From the IMG/VR virus record IMGVR_UViG_3300029822_000063, positions 1-26,705 of that record: 26,705 bases of DNA. One strand, written 5' to 3'. The stretch comes from a virus. Taxonomy: Duplodnaviria > Caudoviricetes. Positions 1-8,431 of this stretch are shown piece after piece. The notes beneath the pieces are model-generated. The model was not told the DNA's origin and ran no database searches. It saw only the letters and a program-made list of their open reading frames with translations. Every line of letters begins with the position of its first letter. Within the stretch, counting starts at the first letter, position 1. A program made the position numbers and the translations under genes.

Positions 1-842
1 CCTACGGCCGGTATAAAACCAAAGTCAAAATTAAAGTGTCTGATACCGTCATCATGGGAACCGACACGAACCTTGTCAATACCATTGAAAACGAACTCCG
101 TTCCGGTTTGGCCAGAAAAGAAAAACTCCGTGCCTTTGCGAAAAGTGCCGACGACACCCACAAACACATGAGCTTCTACATGAACGGCATTAAAGGCGTT
201 ACTGGCGATAACATAGTCGCCGCCATCATGGCTGCACTCGGCGACCTTCCCGATGCTTTCCGCGCAAATGCAAAAGTTATGATGAGAAGTGCCGACTGGT
301 ACACCTATCTTCAGACCTTGAACGGCGCAAACAATGAATTGTTCACCGCAAAACCTGAAGAAGTGCTGGGCGTGCCGGTAATCTTCAATGACAAAGCCGA
401 TATTCCTATTGTCGGTGATTTCAGCTATGCAAAGCAGAACTATGAACCCGTTGCAACCTTGAAATCCGATGAAGATATCGACAAGGGAGTATACATGTAC
501 GTCCTGACCGCATGGGGCGACCATCAGATTAAACTGAAGAGCGCTTTCAGACTTGCAAGCATAGCACTTGCGGTAATCGGCGGTGTGGCAACTAAGTCAC
601 CCAATGCTATTACAGCAGTAGGAACCTTCAACGGTGAAGCTCCGACCAGTGGAATCACCTACCTGTGGCAGAAGCTTGTCGCCACTACTTGGGAAGACCT
701 GACCTCTGATTACGACGGCTACAACGGCGCTACACTGACCGTTGCGGACGCCACCACTGATGCAGGTATGTCCTTCCGCTGCAAGGTTATGTACGGTACT
801 GGACACGCATTTACCAACGTTATTACTATCCCGTCTGCATAA
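1..842 (+). CDS. Major capsid protein (HK97 fold), 5'-truncated by window edge, with C-terminal Ig-like extension
   Basis: Frame is open from position 3 (YGRYKTKVKIKVSDTV...). LGVPVIF...IVGDFS...GDHQIKLKSAF is a typical HK97-family MCP C-terminus. It lies directly upstream of head-tail genes, and the extra ~90 aa (ITYLWQK...ATLTV...FRCKV) look Ig-like. Confidence 0.9.
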   Translation, partial: YGRYKTKVKIKVSDTVIMGTDTNLVNTIENELRSGLARKEKLRAFAKSADDTHKHMSFYMNGIKGVTGDNIVAAIMAALGDLPDAFRANAKVMMRSADWYTYLQTLNGANNELFTAKPEEVLGVPVIFNDKADIPIVGDFSYAKQNYEPVATLKSDEDIDKGVYMYVLTAWGDHQIKLKSAFRLASIALAVIGGVATKSPNAITAVGTFNGEAPTSGITYLWQKLVATTWEDLTSDYDGYNGATLTVADATTDAGMSFRCKVMYGTGHAFTNVITIPSA

Positions 843-854
843 GGAGGTTTTGCT

Positions 855-1319
855 ATGGCAGTAACGGCGAAAGACTTAAAAGAATATCTTAGACTGCCGC
901 CTGATACCGTAACTGTCACAGGAGACGCGACAATCGACCGTGCTGCCTTTATCGCAAAGGTCACCGAGGGCGGAACCTATGTATTCACGAAAGTAGATGA
1001 CGGCTGGACTTTAAACGGTTCAGCCGTTACCCTTTCCGAATATGGCATTACGGCAGACGAAGAAGAAACCGAAATTTCAGTTGAGTACCTGACTATCAAT
1101 GTCGAACCGTACCTAAAAGCCGCTAATTCAAAAGCAAGAGCGGCAGGGGTGCCAGCATTGACAAACAACGCCCAGTATGACCTGTTTATTATGGCTCTGG
1201 CGGCCATGTACTACGACAACCGAGGCATGGCGTTTCAAGACCCAGCAGATGCGGCTAACGCGCAAAGGATGATTGACAGCTTCGTATTGGAATTAAGGTA
1301 TGGTGATGAAGATGCCTAA
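855..1319 (+). CDS. Head-tail connector/adaptor (gp6/gp15-like) with internal insertion
   Basis: LKEYLRL N-terminal and AAMYYDNRG C-terminal motifs, AAGGAGG RBS, and position after the MCP. Confidence 0.85.
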   Translation: MAVTAKDLKEYLRLPPDTVTVTGDATIDRAAFIAKVTEGGTYVFTKVDDGWTLNGSAVTLSEYGITADEEETEISVEYLTINVEPYLKAANSKARAAGVPALTNNAQYDLFIMALAAMYYDNRGMAFQDPADAANAQRMIDSFVLELRYGDEDA

Positions 1320-1710
1320 ATTTGTAAACGCAGGAGAACTTCGCACCAGAATAAAATGCTATGTCAAAAAGTCTAGTTATGTATCAGGCGAAGGGCAGAC
1401 AACGACATGGGAACCAAGCGAGGTATTCATGTGCAAATGGACTGGCAGCTACGGGGCGAGGGCGATGGAGGCGCAGGCGTTAGGTGTAAATGATTCGGCA
1501 ACGATTATAATGCGTTACACTCCTGATCTGTACGGAAAACTACGCACCGAACAAGTTGTAGTAATAAAAAACGCTGACAGTACCGCTATTTCAGGCGGTG
1601 TTCCAGACAAAAACAACGCCAACGTATACGAGTTATGGGGCGGGGTAGATAACGTACTTGAAAAAAACCAATTCATGGAGTTTCGTGTGAGGAGGTATGA
1701 GGGCAAGTGA
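1312..1710 (+). CDS. Head closure / head-tail joining protein (SPP1 gp16-like)
   Basis: NAGELRTRI N-terminal motif, ATIIMRY, and synteny. Start placed at MPKF (1312); 1300 and 1306 are alternatives. Confidence 0.8.
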   Translation: MPKFVNAGELRTRIKCYVKKSSYVSGEGQTTTWEPSEVFMCKWTGSYGARAMEAQALGVNDSATIIMRYTPDLYGKLRTEQVVVIKNADSTAISGGVPDKNNANVYELWGGVDNVLEKNQFMEFRVRRYEGK

Positions 1711-2084
1711 AAGATATTATCCAAACGGCTCTTGATACCGCCCTTTACAGTACGTATAAAATCCAATCCCACGACCAACGCAAGACTGGCCCTGATGCCG
1801 ACGAGTACATTGTCTATTCGCAAAGCGGAGATAGCCAAGAAGCCTTTGCCGACAACCAGCCAATCGTTAAAGCCGGTAGCGTGACAGTCCGGTATTATTA
1901 CCGTGCGGAAAAAATCGAAACACACACCGGCAGGCAAGCGATCAAAACAAGAGAGGATGCCATACAAACAGCCCTGGAAGAAGCAGGGTTTACCATTCCC
2001 TTCGGCAGATTCGACGCCGGTGACGTGGACGATATCGGTTATTTTGTGACCGTCTTTGAGTGTGAGTATTGGCGGGTGGTTTAA
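1707..2084 (+). CDS. Putative tail completion/terminator protein
   Basis: GTGA overlap with the previous gene. The YIVYS...AFADNQ...IQTALEEAGF pattern resembles siphovirus tail terminators. Confidence 0.65.
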   Translation: MKDIIQTALDTALYSTYKIQSHDQRKTGPDADEYIVYSQSGDSQEAFADNQPIVKAGSVTVRYYYRAEKIETHTGRQAIKTREDAIQTALEEAGFTIPFGRFDAGDVDDIGYFVTVFECEYWRVV

Positions 2085-2085
2085 G

Positions 2086-2466
2086 ATGGCTGTAAAAGTT
2101 GACATTAACAACCTTGAGGTAGCAATAGCGGATATCCTGCGGGAATATGGCGACGTGGTATACCAGGCCACCGAGGAAGGACTGAACGCCGCTGAAAAGG
2201 TGCTGATAAAAAACCTCAAAGCGGCCAGCCCTGCCGACTCCGGGAAATATAAAAAGTCCTGGAAGGGCAAGGGGAAAAAATACAAGCTCAAGCGGTATGT
2301 CGGAAATACAAAAACGGTGCAGGGAAAAAGCGGGGAGATCCCGCTTTCTAACATTTTAGAATACAGCAAAAAGTCCAAACACCAGGGGTTAATTAAGCGG
2401 ACATACGAGGCGAGCATAGGCGAGATGGCCGCCGCAGTGGTGGCGAAAATTAAAGAGGAGGTTTAA
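2086..2466 (+). CDS. HK97 gp10-like neck/tail-component protein
   Basis: SPADSGKYKKSW and ILEY...HQGLIKRTYE motifs. ATG lies just after the upstream stop. Confidence 0.8.
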   Translation: MAVKVDINNLEVAIADILREYGDVVYQATEEGLNAAEKVLIKNLKAASPADSGKYKKSWKGKGKKYKLKRYVGNTKTVQGKSGEIPLSNILEYSKKSKHQGLIKRTYEASIGEMAAAVVAKIKEEV

Positions 2467-2468
2467 AA

Positions 2469-3308
2469 ATGGGCAAAAATAAAGTCAAATATGGGCTGAA
2501 AAACGTCTACTACGCCGTGATAACCGAGGCAGGCGGGGTAGTTGAATACGCCACCCCGGTACGCATCCCCGGTGCTGTAAATATTGCGCTGTCGCCCGCC
2601 GGTGAAAGCGTCAAGTTCGCAGCCGATGACATTGAGGATTATTTCGGCGAGAACGTCAACAACGGCTATGACGGCGATCTGGAGATGGCGCTTATACCAG
2701 ACGACTTCCGGGTTGACGTACTGGGTGAAATTCGCGACTCCAACAACGCGATAATTGAAAATGCTGATGCAACCGTTAAGCGGTTCGCGCTGATGTTTGA
2801 GTTTGACGGCGACGCCAATAAAACTCGGCACGTCTTTTACAACGTACTGGCGGCCAGGCCAAACATTGAAGGCGCAACCCGGTCAAACACCAAAGAGCCG
2901 AAGTCTGAGACTTTGGCCATCGAGGCAAGGCCCGCCGTTGATACCAGCGATGTAAAAGCTAAAGTCCTGCAAGGCGAAAATGGATATGACGCCTTTTTTA
3001 CCGCGGTATATCTCAAAAATGCGCTGGTCAATACTGCCGGCGCTGATCCTGATGATTTTGACAAATACTCTCCAGCTGATGTCGAGGTGACTTCGACATC
3101 CAGTGGGACAACGGCGGTTAAAAACGTACTGCTTAACGGCCTGCCTGTTCCGGGCGCAAGCCTGACCATAAGCGGCCTTGTAGTGACTATCGCCAGTGCT
3201 TATATTACTGGTCTGTCGTTGGCCGTGGGTGATTACCCGATTGTGGTCGAATTCACCAAGGGTAACAGCGCTACCTACACCCTGACAGTTAAAGACACAA
3301 CTCCATAG
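2469..3308 (+). CDS. Major tail (tube) protein, phi13-like, with C-terminal Ig/X2-like domain
   Basis: NKVKYGLKNVYYA, FAADD, NNGYDGDLEMA, FALMFEFDGD and RHVFYN are typical of this tail tube family. It carries an extra ~90-aa beta-rich C-terminus. Confidence 0.92.
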   Translation: MGKNKVKYGLKNVYYAVITEAGGVVEYATPVRIPGAVNIALSPAGESVKFAADDIEDYFGENVNNGYDGDLEMALIPDDFRVDVLGEIRDSNNAIIENADATVKRFALMFEFDGDANKTRHVFYNVLAARPNIEGATRSNTKEPKSETLAIEARPAVDTSDVKAKVLQGENGYDAFFTAVYLKNALVNTAGADPDDFDKYSPADVEVTSTSSGTTAVKNVLLNGLPVPGASLTISGLVVTIASAYITGLSLAVGDYPIVVEFTKGNSATYTLTVKDTTP

Positions 3309-3318
3309 GAGGTAATCC

Positions 3319-3663
3319 ATGGAAAAAATATTAAATATTGACGGGCGCCAGGTGAAGTTTAAATCCACCGGCGCCTATTTGTTACGCTACAAAGCCCAGT
3401 TTGGCCGTGACGCGCTCAAAGACATATATAAACTCATGGGCGTCGTCAGCGAGGACAACAAGATTGCCAACATCGACGCACTGGACCTGGAAGTGCTCTA
3501 TGACATGGTGTGGACTCTGGCAAAGACGGCAGATCCGAGCATACCGCCACCGATGGAGTGGCTGGACGAGTTTTCCGAGTTTCCAGTTGCGGACATCCTG
3601 CCTGAGGTAATAGACATGATACTCGGCTGTATTTCCACAACGGTACAGTCAAAAAAAAAGTAG
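3319..3663 (+). CDS. Tail assembly chaperone (gpG-like)
   Basis: Lies between tail tube and tape measure, with RYKAQFGRD...WTLAKTAD...EWLDEF, and ends in the slippery run TCA AAA AAA AAG TAG. Confidence 0.88.
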   Translation: MEKILNIDGRQVKFKSTGAYLLRYKAQFGRDALKDIYKLMGVVSEDNKIANIDALDLEVLYDMVWTLAKTADPSIPPPMEWLDEFSEFPVADILPEVIDMILGCISTTVQSKKK

Positions 3664-3878
3664 AAGCCGGGGACGATGACGATGCCCCTCCCGAGCTGAC
3701 CACGGAACTGCTAATGATGCGTGCGCTTGAGAGGGGCCTTTGTCTGGCCGATTTCGAGATAATGACAGTCGGAATGATTATGGGGTATATAATAACCTGC
3801 AACAACGAGCACCTGGATGATGACGAAAAAGAGGACAGCGTGCGGATTGCTGGACAGGCTGATTATGATGCGTTTTAA
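3651..3878 (+). CDS. Frameshifted extension of tail chaperone (gpGT-like, -1 frame)
   Basis: The -1 frame after the A9 run reads VEAGDDDDAPPELTTELLMMRALERGLCLADFEIMTVGMIMGYIITCNNEHLDDDEKEDSVRIAGQADYDAF to TAA at 3876-3878. Not in the ORF track. Confidence 0.85.
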   Translation, partial: KKKVEAGDDDDAPPELTTELLMMRALERGLCLADFEIMTVGMIMGYIITCNNEHLDDDEKEDSVRIAGQADYDAF

Positions 3879-3879
3879 G

Positions 3880-4275
3880 TTATTTATATTTTTGAGCGTC
3901 TATAATCACAGACGAGGTCTCATATTGTGACCAGTCATCGTTGTAGATTAGATCCACGACGTATTTGCTTCTTACCGTGGCCCCAAGCGAATTTTGGGAG
4001 TCCACATAAGAAGCTACTTTGTATTCGTGATCACTGATCTTAGTTATGTAGACATCTTTAGACGAGGGGTATTGCGCGGTAGCTGGGGACTTTAGATAGT
4101 CCTCCACTGCAAACTGAGAGTGGACAAAAATGTCTGTTTCGCTAGGCGGGGTCGGAGCTTGATCTTTGCCCGAAGAACACGATTGTAGAATAAATGCTAA
4201 TGCCACTAATAGCAAAACTAAAACCAGACGACCATGTGCGGCTTTCTTTTTTTGCATTGGTTTTTCAGAAGTCAT
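3880..4275 (-). CDS. Antisense lipoprotein moron (possible superinfection exclusion)
   Basis: Basic N-region (KKKAAHGR), hydrophobic stretch and lipobox-like LQSC. It has a GAAGGGAG RBS and runs opposite to the late operon. Confidence 0.7.
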   Translation of the reverse strand: MTSEKPMQKKKAAHGRLVLVLLLVALAFILQSCSSGKDQAPTPPSETDIFVHSQFAVEDYLKSPATAQYPSSKDVYITKISDHEYKVASYVDSQNSLGATVRSKYVVDLIYNDDWSQYETSSVIIDAQKYK

Positions 4276-4303
4276 AACTTAGCTACTCCCTTCTTTTTCT
4301 ACC

Positions 4304-4332
4304 ATGATACCACGGACGAGAAAATATTTCCA
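4304..4332 (-). promoter_or_regulatory. Putative sigma-A promoter of the lipoprotein moron
   Basis: Minus strand TGGAAA-17 bp-TATCAT with extended TG. Confidence 0.45.
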
Positions 4333-4340
4333 TGTATTTT

Positions 4341-4375
4341 AAAAAGCAACTGTCAAGCGATGGTTTGCTTTTTTA
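4341..4375. terminator. Terminator-like hairpin upstream of the tape measure gene
   Basis: AAAAAGCAA-ctgtc-aagc-gatgg-TTTGCTTTTTT: imperfect inverted repeat with A/T tracts on both sides. Confidence 0.5.
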
Positions 4376-4396
4376 GTGCCAAAAGGCGGTGATCGC

Positions 4397-6721
4397 ATGG
4401 CAACAATCAAGGGTATAACGCTGGAAATCGGCGGTGATACCCAGCCGATCCAGAAGGCATTCGCAGATGTCAATAAAAAGACCAAGGACCTGCAAAGCGA
4501 ACTCAAACAGGTCGAACGGCTTTTAAAGCTCGACCCGGGCAATACGGAGTTGCTTGCACAGAAACAAAAACTCCTGGCTGATTCAGTGACCAACACAAAA
4601 GATAAGCTGGAGCGGCTCAAAAAGGCGCAGGCAGATGTCAACGAGCAGTTTAGAAGGGGAGAGATCAGCGGCGAACAGTACCGGGCTTTCCAGCGGGAGA
4701 TTGTAAAAACGGAGCAGAGCCTTGAGTCACTTAAAAACAAGAGCAAAGAATTTGGCAGCGTGTTTACCCAGCAGATGGAATTAGCCGGCAGCAAGATGCA
4801 GGAAGTCGGCGGCAAAATAACCGATGTTGGCAAAAACATGAGCATGAAAGTCACTGCGCCTATTGTTGCAGCAGGTGGAGTAGCGTTTAAAATGGCCGCT
4901 GATTTGCAGGACGCCATGGGTGCGACTGACCAGGTATTCAAAGGCTCGGCCGAAAGCGTTAAGTCCTGGGCTGACAGCCTTGAGACATACTACGGCATTG
5001 CAGAAGGCGAAGCCCTCGAATACGGGAACATGATGGGGTCGATGCTCCAGAACATCGGCGGTCTAACCGAAGAAGAAGCAGCAAATCAGGCACAGACGCT
5101 CATTAAACTAGCAGGCGACCTGACAGCCATGTACGGCGGCACCACGGAAAGCGCGATACAGGCATTGACAGGCGCTCTTAAAGGCAATAACACCATGCTG
5201 GACAATTACGGCATGGCGGTCAACGATGCTATGATTAAGACCAAGGCCTTTGAAATGGGCATATATTCAGGCAAAGGTGAAATGGATCTGGCTACAAAAC
5301 AGGCCGCCACCCTGGCACTGATTATGGAGCAGAGCGGTGCGGCACAGGGGCAAGCTGCGCGGGAAGCTGATGGAGCATCTGGAACCATGAGGGCGTTTGC
5401 GACAGAGATGAAAAACCTAAGTACGGATATTGGCGAGGTTTTACTGCCTATAATTACTCCGCTGCTGGCCAGTCTAGGGGACATAGTCAAGGGGTTTTCC
5501 AAGCTTAGCCCCGAGACCAAGAAAACAATCGTCGTTATTGCGGGCCTCGCGGCTGCAATCGGCCCTGTGCTAATAGTAATGGGCAGTATAATATCTTCGG
5601 TAGGCGTGATAATGGGTGCTTTTGGCGGGCTGGCCGCATTCCTGCCCAGCCTGGGAGCATTATTCACAGCGCTGACCGGGCCAATCGGCATAGTAATAGC
5701 TATTGTCGCGGCGCTTGCGGCCAGCGTGTATCTCGTAATCAAAAACTGGGATCAAATAAAGGAATTTTTCTCCGGCCTCTGGGAGACCGTCAAAAACATC
5801 TTCTCCAGCGCGTGGGAGGCAATAACCAATTTCCTCTCTGGGGCGCTACAGGGCATCATCAACTTATTCATGCAATATCACCCCATCGGCATCATCATAA
5901 GCCAGTGGGACGAGATAAAAGCCTACCTGCTGGGCATTGCAAGCCAGGCTATTGAGTGGGGCAGCAACATAGTCCAGGGATTGGTCAACGGCATCAGAGA
6001 GAGGATCGGTGCGGCTGTCGAGGCGGCAAGAGAGCTGGGCAGCAGCGTAGCTGAGGCCGTGAAAAACTTCTTCTCGATCCGCTCTCCGTCGAAGGTTATG
6101 GAGGACTTTGGCCGCTACATTGCCGAGGGACTGGCTGACGGTATCGGCAAGGGTGCGGCGGCTGTGTCAGAGGCCACCAGCAAGATGATGTCTGCTGTGA
6201 CCGGGGCGGTTGACAAGGTTATCAGCAGTATCGACTTGTCCGTGGGAATCATGGAGAAGAAATTCAAACTCATCGAGCTGACCGTCGGCAAGTCAATGAA
6301 CAGCCTCGAAAAGTACGGGCTCAAGAAAAGCCTGCTGGGAGAGCAGATCTCAGCCATTGCAGACCAGGCGACGGTTCTGGAGGCGGCCTATGCCAAGATA
6401 GCCGACGTATCAGGTCCCGAGTCTGATGAGGCGCTCAAGATGTACGGGCGGCTGCTGGACGCGAAAATAAAGTACGCGGAGATGCAGGACGAGCTTGGCA
6501 AGATCACCCAAAATGAGTCCCGTATGCGGAAGAACATGGTCCTGATAGAATCGGGCGCGGCCCTTGCCAGTGGGGCAAAAGCCGTAGGGGTTGTCGGCGG
6601 CGGCCCTGTCAGCAAGGAAGTAAGCATCGAGGTCAACAACTACGGCACAAAAGGCGAGAGTGCCGAAGGTGCGACCACCAGGGAGCTGCAGAAACTCCAA
6701 TACCTGGGGGTGTTTGGCTAG
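4397..6721 (+). CDS. Tape measure protein
   Basis: IKGITLEIGGDT N-terminus, long helical Ala/Gly-rich body, hydrophobic segment, W-spaced repeats, IRSPSKVM motif, and position. Start at ATG 4397 after AAGGCGGTGA. Confidence 0.95.
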   Translation: MATIKGITLEIGGDTQPIQKAFADVNKKTKDLQSELKQVERLLKLDPGNTELLAQKQKLLADSVTNTKDKLERLKKAQADVNEQFRRGEISGEQYRAFQREIVKTEQSLESLKNKSKEFGSVFTQQMELAGSKMQEVGGKITDVGKNMSMKVTAPIVAAGGVAFKMAADLQDAMGATDQVFKGSAESVKSWADSLETYYGIAEGEALEYGNMMGSMLQNIGGLTEEEAANQAQTLIKLAGDLTAMYGGTTESAIQALTGALKGNNTMLDNYGMAVNDAMIKTKAFEMGIYSGKGEMDLATKQAATLALIMEQSGAAQGQAAREADGASGTMRAFATEMKNLSTDIGEVLLPIITPLLASLGDIVKGFSKLSPETKKTIVVIAGLAAAIGPVLIVMGSIISSVGVIMGAFGGLAAFLPSLGALFTALTGPIGIVIAIVAALAASVYLVIKNWDQIKEFFSGLWETVKNIFSSAWEAITNFLSGALQGIINLFMQYHPIGIIISQWDEIKAYLLGIASQAIEWGSNIVQGLVNGIRERIGAAVEAARELGSSVAEAVKNFFSIRSPSKVMEDFGRYIAEGLADGIGKGAAAVSEATSKMMSAVTGAVDKVISSIDLSVGIMEKKFKLIELTVGKSMNSLEKYGLKKSLLGEQISAIADQATVLEAAYAKIADVSGPESDEALKMYGRLLDAKIKYAEMQDELGKITQNESRMRKNMVLIESGAALASGAKAVGVVGGGPVSKEVSIEVNNYGTKGESAEGATTRELQKLQYLGVFG

Positions 6722-7542
6722 TGGCGATACAGAAGTGGTACTTTGACAATATTGACCTGACTACCCGCGCCTGGACGGTTACCGAGGTTACTGGTGGGAT
6801 CGGAGTGCCGCCAAAAAAAGGCGGTAACATCAACGTACCATATGCCTACGGTGACAGGCACCGGACTAAGACCTTCGGGCCACGTATCCTGCCACTGGCC
6901 TTGCTGGTGACTGGGCGCGATCCCGTGACGGGTATGGTACCGGCCGGAAAAACCGAACTGGACACGCTCATGGAAAACATTGACTACCTGTCCGGCATCC
7001 TGACCACCAGGGATCAGGCCACGCTAAAGCGGGTATTTCCGGACAGCACGATCCGGGAGGCACAAGCGGAGATAATCAATGAGGTCAAGCTGGTGCGGCC
7101 TACACCACGGCCGATCAAAGTGGCCCAGGGAGTTGTCGACTTCTACCTGGCGGACCCGTTTTTCTACGGCACGTCGCAAGAATCCGAGACAACCGACATC
7201 GACAGCAACCCGGAGACCTGGACGCACACCAACCCCGGCACCGCACCGGCAGTCAAGATGGAGATACGGCTTACCGGCCCGCTGGACAAGCCGAAGCTGA
7301 CAAATATGACAAACGACATCTGGGTGCAGTACAACGGGGCGATCAACTCCGGAGAGACGGTCACGATTGACACGGCCGCCTTTACCGTGGATAAAGACGA
7401 TGACAACATGATTTCAGCCTTGCGACATGAGGGCGCCCCGCAGTGGTTTATCCTGGAGCGAGGCGACAACGCCCTAAAGGTGACCTGTGACTCAGCACCA
7501 GACGGGCAGGTGAGGATTCGGTATTACCCGGCGTATAGTTAG
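6721..7542 (+). CDS. Distal tail protein (Dit)
   Basis: Immediately follows the TMP, with FYLADPFFYG, NPGTAPA and LERGDNALKV motifs. Confidence 0.85.
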   Translation: MAIQKWYFDNIDLTTRAWTVTEVTGGIGVPPKKGGNINVPYAYGDRHRTKTFGPRILPLALLVTGRDPVTGMVPAGKTELDTLMENIDYLSGILTTRDQATLKRVFPDSTIREAQAEIINEVKLVRPTPRPIKVAQGVVDFYLADPFFYGTSQESETTDIDSNPETWTHTNPGTAPAVKMEIRLTGPLDKPKLTNMTNDIWVQYNGAINSGETVTIDTAAFTVDKDDDNMISALRHEGAPQWFILERGDNALKVTCDSAPDGQVRIRYYPAYS

Positions 7543-7554
7543 GAGGATTCAATC

Positions 7555-8418
7555 ATGGTATATCCAGCAATATCAAGCAGGCGGATGCCGTATGACATTG
7601 ACGGCACGGAAGTGGCGACACACTCACGAGGATTGTCTATAGCTAATACATTTGGCCGGGGAATAGATTCCTGGCTAGATAGCACATCAAAAATGAACAT
7701 GAACGCGGAAAATAGAGCACAAAGCTGGTCTTATGGAAATAGCGGCGCCTTGCCATTTTGGTTTTTCCTCCCTGAGTTGAGGGAAGTATCTCATATCGCC
7801 CTGGAATACGGGTCAGGCAGTTTGCCTGGCCTAGGAGATGCCTACTTTATAATACAGGGATCTGCCGACAGCTCGAATGGCATGGACGGTACATGGGAAA
7901 CGGGTGTCTATAATCCAGCACACAGCTTTGACGCTGACGCCTGGCGTAAAAACATATTTTCAGTTTCTTTCTCCGGCCCGGTGAAGTGTGTCAGGATGGC
8001 TTTTTATCGCGCCGCGCCAGAAATAGGCACCATCCTACATATCCACCTTTACGGACAAAAAGCCGCAGGCCAGACCCCGGACGATATTGTCTTTTGCAAC
8101 GCCAGCACCGGCGCGGAGTTGGTGGCCCTCACGGATTGGGGCGATCGCCAGGAGGGTACGACCGAGATCCTATCGTTTAAAGTAAAAAACGCGAGCTCCA
8201 GCAAGATCGCAAATGACATCAACCTGCAGCTAAATCACGCCGATTTCACAATGTCATGGTCTCCGGAAGGGCCTTGGGTGACCGTCCTTGACATCGCGAC
8301 GCTGGGAGTCGGGGCGCTCAGCAATACGGTTTACGTCCGCAACAAACTGGAGCCACCACTGCTGATCCTGGGGCCATATGCGGCCAGGGTGATCGCGTCT
8401 GTTGGCAGCTGGTCATAG
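7555..8418 (+). CDS. Tail/baseplate protein with discoidin/galactose-binding-like beta sandwich
   Basis: AGGAGG RBS, position between Dit and the large tail protein, IQGSADSSNGMDGTW pattern. Fold is inferred. Confidence 0.55.
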   Translation: MVYPAISSRRMPYDIDGTEVATHSRGLSIANTFGRGIDSWLDSTSKMNMNAENRAQSWSYGNSGALPFWFFLPELREVSHIALEYGSGSLPGLGDAYFIIQGSADSSNGMDGTWETGVYNPAHSFDADAWRKNIFSVSFSGPVKCVRMAFYRAAPEIGTILHIHLYGQKAAGQTPDDIVFCNASTGAELVALTDWGDRQEGTTEILSFKVKNASSSKIANDINLQLNHADFTMSWSPEGPWVTVLDIATLGVGALSNTVYVRNKLEPPLLILGPYAARVIASVGSWS

Positions 8419-8431
8419 GAGGGCGGTATAA

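Noticed and set aside
1515-2417. 300-aa minus-strand ORF and similar antisense ORFs across the structural module
   Set aside because: They lie fully antisense to well-supported head-tail genes and have no RBS or recognisable motifs.
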